From positions 28,086,001-28,150,000 of the forward strand of contig OZ024764.1 of assembly GCA_964016885.1 (NCBI GenBank): 64,000 nucleotides of DNA, read 5' to 3'. The position numbers were made by a program, and so were the translations under genes. The DNA comes from Eledone cirrhosa. Taxonomy: Eukaryota. Below the pieces are notes generated by a model. The model was given only the letters and a program-made list of their open reading frames with translations, ran no database searches and was not told where the DNA came from. Below, piece by piece: positions 41,415-54,449 of the stretch; position 1 is the first letter of the stretch, and every line of letters starts with the position of its first letter.

Positions 41415-41735
41415 AATATGGTTTTATAAATATAGTTTCCATTTATTTAATATCATTGATATATTATACTCCAAAAAATCTGTTGAGTGCTCTGAATCAG
41501 TTATAAACATTTATATTTGTTGAATTACCAACAAATTGAATATCCCTTCTGCTTATAAATATATATATATATATATTTATAAGCAGAAGGGATATTCTTT
41601 TCAGTTTTGTATGGCTTCTTAACACATTGTTTAGCTCTGGTTTTTAACTATTGAGCACTTTGCCAGTATCATTTCTCATTTTTGCGTTTCGCTTCGCTTT
41701 TTCCTGCCCGCCGAAAATGTGATTCTCGCTGAATC

Positions 41736-41775
<40 letters not shown>

Positions 41776-41860
41776 TACGTTATTCCGGGTTGAATCGGAG
41801 GTAACCACAGTAAGTAAGGTACTCAATACATTGCAGAGTATACAAGTTTTAATATAGATG

Positions 41861-41961
41861 AGATTCTACAAGACTAGAACTGTTTCATTCTTTAGAAATC
41901 ATCAGGAATCAGATTCCTGATGATTTCTAAAGAATGAAACAGTTCTAGTCCTGTAGAATCT
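41861..41961. ncRNA. Back-to-back type I hammerheads (family C; 41861-41910 minus, 41911-41961 plus)
   Basis: AGATTC-CTGATGA-T-TTC taaa GAA-T-GAAA-CAG ttctagtc CTG-TA-GAATCT. Confidence 0.72.
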
Positions 41962-42024
41962 CATCTATATATATATATATCGAATAAAAACCAAGCAAAC
42001 CTCTCCTGCATTCTATATCCGATA

Positions 42025-42348
42025 TCATTTCAGTCATCATTTCATTTTACGTCCGCTTTTTCCCTGCTTGCAAGGGTGGGACGGGAACTGATTCTGGCTT
42101 GATTTCTACAGCTGGATGCCCTTCCTAACACCAACCTCATTTACAGTGAGTGCTGGGTGCTTTTTTTTTTTGCCGTGGCACCTCCACAACCACTTTACAG
42201 TGTGGGCTGGGTGGTTTTTTGCCGTGGCACCTCCACGACCACTTTACAGTGGAATGATAGGGACTGGGATCCCTATCATCTCATTTCTACAGCTGAATAA
42301 ACTGGAGCAACGTGAAATAAAGTGTCTTGCTCAAGGAAACAACACATC
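42025..42348 (-). mobile_element. 5'-truncated SINE of the same family
   Basis: Shares tail and core; lacks the tRNA head. A related head fragment lies at 40830-40978. Confidence 0.75.
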
Positions 42349-42791
42349 ACATATATGATGGCTGCAAACTCATGCTAAAAGTATTGCAATCGCTTGTCAG
42401 ATTCAGATGGGTGATGCTCAGACACAGTTTTTCAAGCCTGCCAGAGACTTGCACCCCTTCGAACATTGATGACAACTATGGATCTCCCTGGCGTCAGGTC
42501 TTACAATATATACATGTATGTATATATAGATATATATGTATATATGTATATATATATATGCAACAGAGATGATAGCACTACAAGGCGCCACGTATGTATC
42601 ATGAAGAGATGTTTAGATTGCGTAGTTTTGAAATTTTCATGAGTGGAGAATATATTTAAGAAGTTTTAATAATTTGATATCGTCGGGATATGAACTCAGA
42701 ACATAAAGGGCCATAACTGCTGCAAAAAATGGTGTCTGACGCTTTACCGATACTGCCAATCCATCGCCTATATATAGAGAAAATAATACTA

Positions 42792-43848
42792 TTAACCCTA
42801 TAGTATTTACATTACTCTATATATACTATTGTATTTTCACAGTAAAGGCTTTACCTCACATAATATCTCACATAACATTTACATTACTCTATATATACTA
42901 TTGTATTTTCACAGTAAAGGCTTTACCTCACATAATACCTCACATAACATTTACATTACTCTATATATACTATTGTATTTTCACAGTAAAGGCTTTACCT
43001 CACATAATATCTCACACAACATTTACATTACTCTATATATACTATTGTATTTTCACAGTAAAGGCTTTACCCTACATAATATCTCACATAACATTTACAT
43101 TACTCTATATATACTATTGTATTGTCACAGTAAAGGCTTTACCTCACATAATATCTCACATAACATTTACATTACTCTATATATACTATTGTATTGTCAC
43201 AGTAAAGGCTTTACCTCACATAATATCTCACATAACATTTACATTACTCTATATATACTATTGTATTGTCACAGTAAAGGCTTTACCTCACATAATATCT
43301 CACATAACATTTACATTACTCTATATATACTATTGTATTGTCACAGTAAAGGCTTTACCTCACATAATATCTCACATAACATTTACATTACTCTATATAT
43401 ACTATTGTATTGTCACAGTAAAGGCTTTACCTCACATAATATCTCACATAACATTTACATTACTCTATATATACTATTGTATTGTCACAGTAAAGGCTTT
43501 ACCTCACATAACATTTACATTACTCTATATATACTATTGTATTGTCACAGTAAAGGCTTTACCTCACATAATATCTCACATAATATTTACATTACTCTAT
43601 ATATACTATTGTATTTTCACAGTAAAGGCTTTACCTCACATAATATCTCACATAACATTCACATTACTCTATATATACTATTGTATCTTCACAGTAAAGA
43701 CTTTACTTCACATAATATCGAATCTATGAGATTTTGAAAGTATTTATTTTGAGAACAATACCTTAACATCAGTTTGAGTGACCAGTTACAGCCAGTTTCA
43801 ACAGAAAAGGGTAGAGAATTCTAGCCGGTTTGAACATTAAAGGGTTAA
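42792..43848 (+). mobile_element. MITE with 60-bp array
   Basis: TTAACCCT...AGGGTTAA ends, ~15 units, standard right arm. Confidence 0.83.
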
Positions 43849-44271
43849 GGACAGCAGTTATAGTGCATAGCGTACTTTCAATACAACAGAAACAACAACA
43901 CCAAAACATAACACTGCATGCTACCAAGTACACGAGGCAGTGCTCGGTAATGCAGTGAGCACATGCAATGAGAGAGGGGAGTCTGTCCCTGGTATACAAC
44001 TGGTACAAACTACAGTCATTTCTAACAAGGGCGTGGAGAAAGTAAACAGAATTCAGAAAGCCCCAATACGCAGCTGGTATTTGTTTCATCAACACTGGAA
44101 ATATTGAAAAGACAAAAACCAGACGCTCCACTGATTTTACCATCAAATAACCTTTATAACAGTAGTAATAATAATAATAATAACAATAATAATAATAAAT
44201 AGCTGTGTTGATAATAAATGAAAATGACAAAGGTGCAAGAATCATATATAAACACAAACACACATATATAC

Positions 44272-44339
<68 letters not shown>

Positions 44340-44644
44340 ATGTGTGTATATATATATACACACACGTGTGTACATATATATATATACACACACATACATG
44401 TGTATATATATATATATACACACACACATATATATATATACATACACACATATACATATATATACACATATACATACATATACATATATATATACATATA
44501 CTCACATATATATATATATACATACATACACACACATATATATATATACATATACACACACATATATATATATATATACATATACACACACACATATATA
44601 TTTATATACATATACACACACACACATATATATATATACATATA

Positions 44645-44678
<34 letters not shown>

Positions 44679-44769
44679 CACACACACACATATATATATA
44701 TATACATACATACACACACATATATATTTATATACATATACACACACACACATATATATATATACATAT

Positions 44770-44806
<37 letters not shown>

Positions 44807-44921
44807 CACACACACACATATATATATATATACATACATACACACACACATATATGCATACATATACACACACATATATATATATACATATACACACATA
44901 CATACATATATACACACACAC

Positions 44922-44978
<57 letters not shown>

Positions 44979-45175
44979 CATACATATACACACACACACA
45001 TGTACATGTATAAATCTGTGTACGTGTGAGTAAGTGCATGTATTGCAATTGTGCGTGTGTGTGTGTGTGCGCGCATGCGTGCATGTGTTGCATGCATGCG
45101 TGAGAGTTAAAAGATGAAGACGAGGAAGGGATGCAGTGCCAGCATTGCATGGAGTGCAGGTAGGTAGCACATTAC

Positions 45176-45244
45176 CTGTAGCTGTGCCCTTTTGCTGGTA
45201 GAGCCCCCATCAAACGAGGGCTCTCTTGGCAGCAACCAAAAACT
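45176..45244 (-). CDS. NF1: Candidate 69-nt symmetric (0-0) NF1 exon, [23 protein letters not shown]
   Basis: Acceptor tacattctAG, donor CAG|GTAATG, open frame, unique sequence among repeats, phase fits both neighbours. No homology recognised. Confidence 0.55.
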
Positions 45245-45296
45245 CTAGAATGTAAACCAAGCAAATATCTGAGATACACTATGTATGTATATATAT

Positions 45297-47805
45297 ATCA
45301 TCATCATCATCATCATCACCATCATCATCATTTTACGTCCGCTCTTCCCTGCTTGCAAGGGTGGGAACAGGCCCTATTCAGCACAGCATCTCTCCACTTG
45401 TCACGGTCCTTCGTCATCTCCACCGTGAGCTTCAGCGATCTGAGGTCTGCTCTCACCACCTCAACCCATGTTTTTCGTGGTCTACCTCTACCACGTCTTC
45501 CTTCAACTGGCATTTCCTGGGACTTCTTCACCCATCGGTCATCCTCCATGCGCATCACATGTCCATACCACCTCAGTCTCCTCTCCCACACACTACGACT
45601 TATCCCTCTTAAATACAGTTTCTCTCTCAACACATCACATGTCCATACCACCTCAGTCTCCTCTCCCACACACTACATTCTATCCCTCTCAGACACAGTT
45701 TCTTTCTCAACACATTCATGCTGGGTCATTCACGCACATTGACATTGCACATCCAACGGTGCATGCTTGCTTCATTTCTCTACAGCCGTCGCATATCTTC
45801 TGCAGTTGCTGCCCATGTCTCACTACCATGCAGCATTGCGCTCCTCACACAGACATCATATAACCAGCCTTTCATACGCAGCGAGAAACCCTTCTTTGTC
45901 AGCAGAGGAAGCAGCTCCCTAAACTTATTCCAACCCGTCCTTATTCTAGATACTATGGCCTCGGAACACCCCCCTCCCATACTAATCTGATCACCTAGGT
46001 ACTGAAGCTATCAACCACTTCTATAACACCCGCCTGCATTTGAAAAATGTGTCTATCAATGCGACTTCTACTGTCTAATTTCTCTGTACATCTACTGCAT
46101 ACGTATTTCTCCCTACCTGTTAGTTTGCCTGCTATCCCACTACATCTCTTGTGTACCCAGGATCTGCATTGTGTGCATTTTATAGAATTTATGCCAATTC
46201 TTTTTCTGCATATCGAACATGGTCATTTCCCTGACGGAATCAGAGTTTTGTCCTCTTTTCTACTCATCAACACTTTTGTCTTAGCTAGGTTCACTCTCAG
46301 TCCTCTTAATTCCAACTGCTGTTTCCATAGTCAGAATTTATTCTTGAGCTCCTCTACTGATTCTGCTATAAGAACCAGATCGTCAGCATAGAGAAGTTCC
46401 CACGGACAACCAGTCTTAAACTCCTCTGTTATGGCTTGGAGGACTATAATGAACAAGAGCGGGCTGAGGACCGAACCCTGATGTACTCCTACTTGTATCT
46501 GGAATTCCTCACTAAACTCCATTCCTACCCTGACTTTACAGACAGCACCTCTGTACAAAGCTTGCACTGTCCTCACAAGCCATTCCTCAACACCTAGTTT
46601 CCTTAGGGACCACCAGATGACAGATCGGGGTACCCTATCAAAGGCCTTCTCTAGGTCAACAAAGGCTAAGTATAGTGGCTTATTTTTCTCTAAGAACCTC
46701 TCTTGTAATTGTCTCACCAAGAAGAGGGCATCTGTTGTACTCTTCCCAGGCACAAAACCAAATTGCATCTCATCTAGTTTGACCCTTTCTCTAATTAGTT
46801 GTGTTAATATCCTTTCTGCCACTTTCATAACCTGATCCATCAGTTTTATGCCTCTATAATTGCTCCTCTCCAGAGCATCCTCTTTACCTTTGTAGCAATT
46901 TATGAGAATACTGCTGCACCAGTCTTTGGGTATGACACCACCATATATAGCCTGATTGATGATGCGTGCAACCAGTTTAGTGCCTACGTCTCCTGATGCC
47001 TTCAGCATCTCAGCAACTATCCCTGATGGTCCAGCAGCCTTACCATTTTTCATTTCCTTAATCACCTCTTGGACCCTATATTCGTCAATCTCAATAGCTG
47101 GTCCCTCTATCAGATCTACTGAGGGTAATTTCTCTCTCTCCCATTCGTTCTCCACATTCATCAGTCTCTCATAATGACATTTCCAGGCCTCCTTTTTCTG
47201 ATCATTCGTGACACTAAGTACACCGGCATCATTTCGGACACATTTATCTCCTGATTTGCATTGACACACTGCTTTGCAATGTGGAACACCGCACGCCTCT
47301 GATCTTCCCGTCGCAGAACATTGGCAAACCTCCTACTCTCAGCCTCCCTGCATGCTAAGTACACTTGACGTCTAGCTTCTCTCTTAGTGGCTGTATATCC
47401 TTCCCTACTCCCACCCTTTTTCCAAGCCTTCCATGATAGTCTTTTGTCTCTAATGGCCTTATCTACTGTGCTGTTCCACCACCAGGTCACTCTCTGTCTG
47501 GTCAGAGCTCTGCCACAAATTTCATCAGTAGCCTGCATTAAGTTGTCATGAAAGAAATTCCAGTTATTATCTATGTCATACGTCTCTAAATCGTCTTCTT
47601 TTTCGTCATACACATCTTGAAGGGCTTTCCTAAATTTGTATTCTAGTGAAAGGTCTTTTAGCTTCCAGACCTTTCTTCTCCACACCTTCCTGTATGTCTC
47701 ATTCCATCTCTTGCTTACTCAGATATCACTAACGACTAACCTACGCTGTGGGGTACATTCTTCCTCAGGGTATGCCTTGGTATTAGACACTATCTGCCTG
47801 TCCCG
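45297..47805 (-). mobile_element. Degenerate RTE LINE, same family as 912-3208
   Basis: Highly similar sequence split into frameshifted ORFs (47161-47685, 46331-47269, 45780-45980, 45328-45669); one internal 60-bp duplication. Confidence 0.92.
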
Positions 47806-47809
47806 TACA

Positions 47810-49180
47810 CTATGACCAACAACAACACTAACACCACCACCACCACCATGACTATGACCAACAACAACACCACCAACAACACTAACACCACCACCACCAC
47901 TATGACCAACACCAACACCAACATCACTACCACCACTATGACCAACAACAACACTAACACCACCACCACCACTATGACCAACAACAACAACACCACCACC
48001 AACATCACTACCACCACCAGCAAAGACACCAACACAAACAACCAGTGGTGGTAGTGTTGGTGGCTGGTAGTGTTGGAGGGGAGAGAGAACAAACCAGATG
48101 GTGGTGTGGTATTGCTGTTGCTATTGGTGTTGGTTATGTAGGTGGTGTAGTGGTGGTGTAGTGGTGGTGGTGTAGTGGTGGTGTAGTGGTGGTGTAGTGG
48201 TGGTGTAGTGGTGGTGTAGTGGTGGTTATGTAGGTGGTGTAGTGTTGGTGAGGTGGTGGTTATGTAGGTGGTGTAGTGGTGGTGAGGTGGTGGTTATGTA
48301 GGTGGTGTAGTGGTGGTTATGTAGGTGGTGTAGTGGTGGTGAGGTGTTGGTTATGTAGGTGGTGTAGTGGTGGTGAGGTGTTGGTTATGTAGGTGGTGTA
48401 GTGTTGGTGAGGTGTTGGTTATGTAGGTGGTGTAGTGGTGGTGAGGTGTTGGTTATGTAGGTGGTGTAGTGTTGGTGAGGTGTTGGTTATGTAGGTGGTG
48501 TAGTGGTGGTGAGGTGTTGGTTATGTAGGTGGTGTAGTGGTGGTGAGGTGTTGGTTATGTAGGTGGTGTAGTGGTGGTTATGTAGGTGGTGTAGTGTTGG
48601 TGAGGTGTTGGTTATGTAGGTGGTGTAGTGGTGGTGAGGTGTTGGTTATGTAGGTGGTGTAGTGGTGGTGAGGTGTTGGTTATGTAGGTGGTGTAGTGGT
48701 GGTGAGGTGTTGGTTATGTAGGTGGTGTAGTGGTGGTGACGTGGTGGTGACGTGGTGGTTATGTAGGTGGTGTAGTGGTGGTGAGGTGTTGGTTATGTAG
48801 GTGGTGTAGTGGTGGTGAGGTGTTGGTTATGTAGGTGGTGTAGTGGTGGTGACGTGTTGGTTATGTAGGTGGTGTAGTGGTGGTGAGGTGGTGGTTATGT
48901 AGGTGGTGTAGTGTTGGTGAGGTGTTGGTTATGTAGGTGGTGTAGTGGTGGTGAGGTGTTGGTTATGTAGGTGGTGTAGTGTTGGTGAGGTGGTGGTTAT
49001 GTAGGTGGTGTAGGTGGTGGTGAGGTGGTGGTTATGTAGGTGGTGTAGTGGTGGTGAGGTGGTGGTTATGTAGGTGGTGTAGTGGTGGTTATGTAGGTGG
49101 TGTAGTGGTGGTGAGGTGTTGGTTATGTAGGTGGTGTAGTGGTGGTGAGGTGGTGGTTATGTAGGTGGTGTAGTGTTGTA
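47810..49180. repeat. CAC tract followed by ~33-bp GTG-rich minisatellite
   Basis: GGTTATGTAGGTGGTGTAGTGGTGGTGAGGTGTT-type unit repeated. Confidence 0.85.
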
Positions 49181-49396
49181 GTTTGTGATTACAGGACACA
49201 GATGATATATATATATATATATGTGTAAATTAAATACTTGAAAGCCCTACAATGCATACAAGATTAAAGGTGCTAAGGTAATAGGAGTTATAGAGGAAAT
49301 AGTGAGGACGATAGAAATTTACCTTAGCAAATTTAATTATCTCAAATATTTTCGGGTTTAAAAACCCATTATCAAAAGAGGGTCTGGGTGTAGGTG

Positions 49397-49825
49397 TTTA
49401 ACCCTTTAGCATTCACATTATTTTATATATACTAGGGCGGTGAATTGGCAGTATCGGTAGAGGGTCGGACACCATGTTTTGACGCATAGAGTTCCGGCCC
49501 TTGCCATTCTGAGTTCAAATCCCGCCGAGGTTAACTTTGCCTTTCATCCTTACGGGGTCGATAAAATAAAGTACCAGTAATGTACTGGGTATTTGCTGGC
49601 CTTGTGCCAATAGTAGAAACAATTATATTATATTTACTATTATATTATCATGGTAAAGGCTTTACCTCGTATAATTATCTCACATAATATTGAATCTATG
49701 AGATTTTGAAAACAATACCTTAACATCAGTTTGAGCGACCAGTTACAGCCAGTTTGAGCGACCAGTTACAGCCAGTTTCAACAGAAAGAGGTAGAGAATT
49801 CTGGCCGGTTTGAACGTTAGAAATT
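49397..49825 (+). mobile_element. MITE copy containing a SINE, itself nested in a fold-back element (49225-50000)
   Basis: TTAACCCTTTAGCATT start; right arm 49670-49820; inverted arms 49225-49386 and 49836-50000. Confidence 0.72.
49435..49622 (+). mobile_element. Second tRNA-derived SINE family, nested in a MITE
   Basis: B box GAGTTCAAATCC, core GCCTTTCATCCTTACGGGGTCGATAAAATAAAGTACCAG. Minus-strand copies at ~14950-15115, 15630-15890, 39259-39597. Confidence 0.72.
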
Positions 49826-50007
49826 AAAGAGTAATCAGACCCTCTTTTGATAATGGGTTTTTAAACCCGAAAATATTTGAGAGATAATTAAATATGTTTA
49901 GGTAAAATTCTATCGTCCACATTCTTTCCTCTATAACTCCTATTACCTCGGCACCTTTAATATTGTACGTATTGTAGGACTTTCAAATATTTAAATTTAT
50001 ATATATA

Positions 50008-50889
50008 CAGGGTGTGGACGATATTTGTTCGCAATTTTCAACTGCTAATTTTATGCAAATTTTTTTTACTTCCGTTGTCACTCTTGTCTTCATAAAAACA
50101 GTGACTATATTTCCATTATTTATTTTCAGAATAATTGATTATGAATAATTTTTAACCTCCAAATTTGTGGAAGAGACACAGAGTTCTTCTTGAAATCCGC
50201 ACTGGGAGGACAAATAAGGACCAGAAGATCAACTCCCACAACAACAGGTGGCTCGCTGTCTCATCCAAAGACGTGCCCAGAGTCATGCAGACAAAGTTTC
50301 CAGCGACAACATTGGTCTTAGGTGTCGTCAGCAGTCAAGGTGACGTCATGCCACCTCACTTCTTCCCTGAGGGTCTCAAGCTGAACACCGATGGCTACAT
50401 CTGTGTTCTGAGTGAGGTAGTAAAGCTCTGGATCAACCAGGTAGCTGCAGGTAGGCCGTACGTGTGGCAGCAAGACTCAGTGCCCTGCCATACCAGCCGA
50501 AAGACCCAAGCCTGGCTGTCAGAGAACTTCGTCGACCACACTTCACCTGACATCTGGCCTCCCAGCTCGCCTGACTGCAACCCCCTCGACTTCTTTGTGT
50601 GTGGCGCAGTGGAACGAGTCACCAACAGATCTAGCTGCAATACGAAAGACAAACTGAAGGCCAGGATCACAAGTGGCTTTAGGGGCCTAAGTCGGGGGAC
50701 AGTGATGAAGGCCTGTAGCTGGTTCCGAGGTCGTCACCAAAGCCAATGGTGGGTTTATCGAGTGAGATTGAAAGAACAAGTCATGAAGACAAACTGACCC
50801 AAGTTTGATAAATATATCTTAAAAAATAAAACTACTGTCTTATTTTTTCCTAGACAGTAATCTTGCAAACAAATATCGTCTGCACCCTG
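50008..50889 (+). mobile_element. Deleted DD37D (maT-type) Tc1/mariner transposon
   Basis: TIRs CAGGGTG(T/C)(G/A)GACGATATTTGTT with TA flanks. ORF 50165-50797 has WQQD and SPDCNPLD with 37 residues between the catalytic Asp residues. Confidence 0.88.
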
Positions 50890-51111
50890 TATATATATAT
50901 ATATACACCACTCTCTATCATTCATGGGTATATATACACCAATCTCTACCATTCATGGGTATGTGTGTATATATATATATACGAGTCCTGAGTTCAATCG
51001 GGGGTAACCACAGTAAGTAAGGTACTCAAATGAAACAGTTCTAGTCCTGTAGAAGCTATTTCTATATTAAATACCAGTGATCTTCATTACATATATATCT
51101 ATATATATATA

Positions 51112-52662
51112 TCATCATCATCATCATCATCATCATTTTACGTCCGCTTTTCCCTGCTTCCAAGGGTGGGACGGGTCCTATTGTCGGTGAGCTTCAGAGA
51201 TCTGAGGTCTGCTCTCACCACCTCCGCCCATGTTTTTCGTGGTCTACCTCTACTGGGTCTTCCTTCTACTGGGATTTCTTGGCATGTCTTTACCCAGCAG
51301 TCATCCTCCATGCTCATCACATGTCCATACCATCTCAGTCTTCTCTCCCACACACCACAACTTATCCCTCTTATACACAGTTTCTCTCTCAACACATCAC
51401 ATGTCCATACCATCTCAGTCTTCTCTCCCACACACCACAACTTATCCCTCTTATACACAGTTTCTCTCTCAACACATCACATGTCCATACCATCTCAGTC
51501 TTCTCTCCCGCACACCACAACTTATCCCTCTTATACACAGTTTCTCTCTCAACACATCACATGTCCATACCATCTCAGCCTTCTCTCCCACACACTACAA
51601 CTTATCCCTCTTATACACAGTTTCTCTCTTAACTCATCACATGTCCATACCATCTCAGCCTTCTCTCCCGCACACCACAACTTATCCCTCTTATACACAG
51701 TTTCTCTCTCAACACATCACATGTCCATACCATCTCAGCCTTCTCTCCCGCACACCACAACTTATCCCTCTTATACACAGTTCCTCTCTCAACACATCAC
51801 ATGTCCATACCATCTCAGCCTTCTCTCCCACACACTACAACTTATCCCTCTTATACACAGTTTCTCTCTCAACACATCACATGTCCATACCATCTCAGCC
51901 TTCTCTCCCGCACACCACAACTTATCCCTCTTATACACAGTTTCTCTCTCAACACATCACATGTCCATACCATCTCAGTCTTCTCTCCCACACACTACAA
52001 CTTATCCCTCTTATACACAGTTTCTCTCTCAACACATCACATGTCCATACCATCTCAGCCTTCTCTCCCACACACTACAACTTATCCCTCTTATACACAG
52101 TTTCTCTCTCAACACATCACATGTCCATACCATCTCAGTCTTCTCTCCTGCACACCACAACTTATCCCTCTTATACACAGTTTCTCTCTCAACACATCAC
52201 ATGTCCATACCATCTCAGTCTTCTCTCCCACACACTACAACTTATCCCTCTTATACACAGTTTCTCTCTCAACACATCACATGTCCATACCATCTCAGTC
52301 TTCTCTCCCACACACCACAACTTATCCCTCTTATACACAGTTTCTCTCTCAACACATCACATGTCCATACCATCTCAGTCTTCTCTCCCACACACCACAA
52401 CTTATCCCTCTTATACACAGTTTCTCTCTCAACACATCACATGTCCATACCATCTCAGTCTTCTCTCCCACACACTACAACTTATCCCTCTTATACACAG
52501 TTTCTCTCTCAACACATCACATGTCCATACCATCTGTCTTCTCTCCCACACACCACAACTTATCCCTCTTATACACAGTTTCTCTCTCAACACATCACAT
52601 GTCCATACCATCTCAGTCTTCTCTCCCACACACTACAACTTATCCCTCTTATACCCAGTTTC
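51112..52662 (-). repeat. RTE 3' end extended into a 60-bp minisatellite (~22 units)
   Basis: The unit CATCACATGTCCATACCATCTCAGTCTTCTCTCCCACACACCACAACTTATCCCTCTTATACACAGTTTCTCTCTCAACA-type sequence corresponds to RTE REKL...RRLRWYGHV. Confidence 0.93.
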
Positions 52663-52730
52663 TATATATATATATAGAGAGAGAGAGGTCAGGTCAAGGA
52701 GAAGGAGGTGATGTTAGACAATATATTTAC

Positions 52731-53026
52731 CTGATTCTGCATCAAATGAGTATTGTTCCGGGCCACCGATATGGCGCTCTTGTCCAGAATGTCCCAGCTC
52801 TTTTGCCGCCGTGTGACAGGCGTGATAGCTGGTGGCACATTCGACGGTGTCTGAATGGAGGGTGAAGACATGGAGTGTGCTGAGGCACTGGGGCCGATGC
52901 TCGTGTTCGGTGTCTCCGGTTCGGCGTTGATGCTATCTGAGGAAGGGGAATCTGTCATCACATACTGGCTCACACGATGTTTTAAGTGGCACCGACTACG
53001 AACCTCTTCCGACACAGAAACCAAGG
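52731..53026 (-). CDS. NF1: Neurofibromin exon (296 nt, phase 1 to 0)
   Basis: Encodes (A)LVSVSEEVRSRCHLKHR..., matching the NF1 SEEVRSRC.LKHR motif. Acceptor ttttAG at 53027-28; donor CAG|GTAAAT at 52730. Confidence 0.92.
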
Positions 53027-53434
53027 CTAAAAACAGAAAAAAGATGCATCAAAGAAAGAAAAGAAAAAAAGGAAAAAAACAAGAAAAACAAAAAAAAACA
53101 AGAAAAAAAAACAAGAAAAACAAGAGAAAAAAAGAAAAAAACAAGAGAAACAAAAAAAAACAAGAAAAAAAAACAAGAAAAACAAAAAAAAAACAAGAAA
53201 AACAAGAGAAAAAAAGAAAAAAACAAGAAAAACAAAAAAACAAGAAATAAAAACAAGAAAAACAAAAAAAAAACAAGAAAAACAAGAGAAAAAAAGAAAA
53301 AAAACAAGAGAAAAAAAGAAAAAAACAAGAGAAAAAAACAAAAAACAAGAAAAACAAAAAAACACAAAAAAACAAGAAAAACAAGAAAAAAAAGAAATAA
53401 GGAGAAAAAATAGGAAAAAAGGAGAAAAAAAAAT

Positions 53435-54354
53435 TCATTATATACAGAGTGTACCCCAAATATGTATACAGACCTCATTATATACAGAGTGTATCCCAAA
53501 TATGTATACAGACCTCATTATATACAGAGTGTACCCCAAATATGTATACAGACCTCATTATATACAGAGTGTACCCCAAATATGTATACAGACCTCATTA
53601 TATACAGAGTGTACCCCAAATATGTATACAGACCTCATTATATACAGAGTGTACCCCAAATATGTATACAGACCTCATTATATACAGAGTGTACCCCAAA
53701 TATGTATACAGACCTCATTATATACAGAGTGTACCCCAAATATGTATACAGACCTCATTATATACAGAGTGTATCCCAAATATGTATACAGACCTCATTA
53801 TATACAGAGTGTACCCCAAATATGTATACAGACCTCATTATATACAGAGTGTACCCCAAATATGTATACAGACCTCATTATATACAGAGTGTACCCCAAA
53901 TATGTATACAGACCTCATTATATACAGAGTGTACCCCAAATATGTATACAGACCTCATTATATACAGAGTGTACCCCAAATATGTATACAGACCTCATTA
54001 TATACAGAGTGTACCCCAAATATGTATACAGACCTCATTATATACAGAGTGTACCCCAAATATGTATACAGACCTCATTATATACAGAGTGTATCCCAAA
54101 TATGTATACAGACCTCTACAGAGTGTACCCCAAATATGTATACAGACCTCTACAGAGTGTATCCCAAATATGTATACAGACCTCTACAGAGTGTACCCCA
54201 AATATGTATACAGACCTCTACAGAGTGTATCCCAAATATGTATACAGACCTCTACAGAGTGTATCCCAAATATGTATACAGACCTCTACAGAGTGTACCC
54301 CAAATATGTATACAGACCTCTACAGAGTGTACCCCAAATATGTATACAGACCTC
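53435..54354. repeat. 40-bp (x17) then 34-bp (x7) minisatellite
   Basis: TATACAGAGTGTACCCCAAATATGTATACAGACCTCATTA; the 34-mer lacks ATTATA. Confidence 0.95.
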
Positions 54355-54449
54355 AACAGCATTCTAATAAATATTGCTTGTGCATGTAATCAAAGAATAC
54401 ATTATTTTGGGACAGCCTACAATATCATCATCATGGCCTTTCAACAAAA

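Noticed and set aside
51166-52865. ~500-aa ORFs in three frames
   Set aside because: Antisense translation of an RTE-derived minisatellite.
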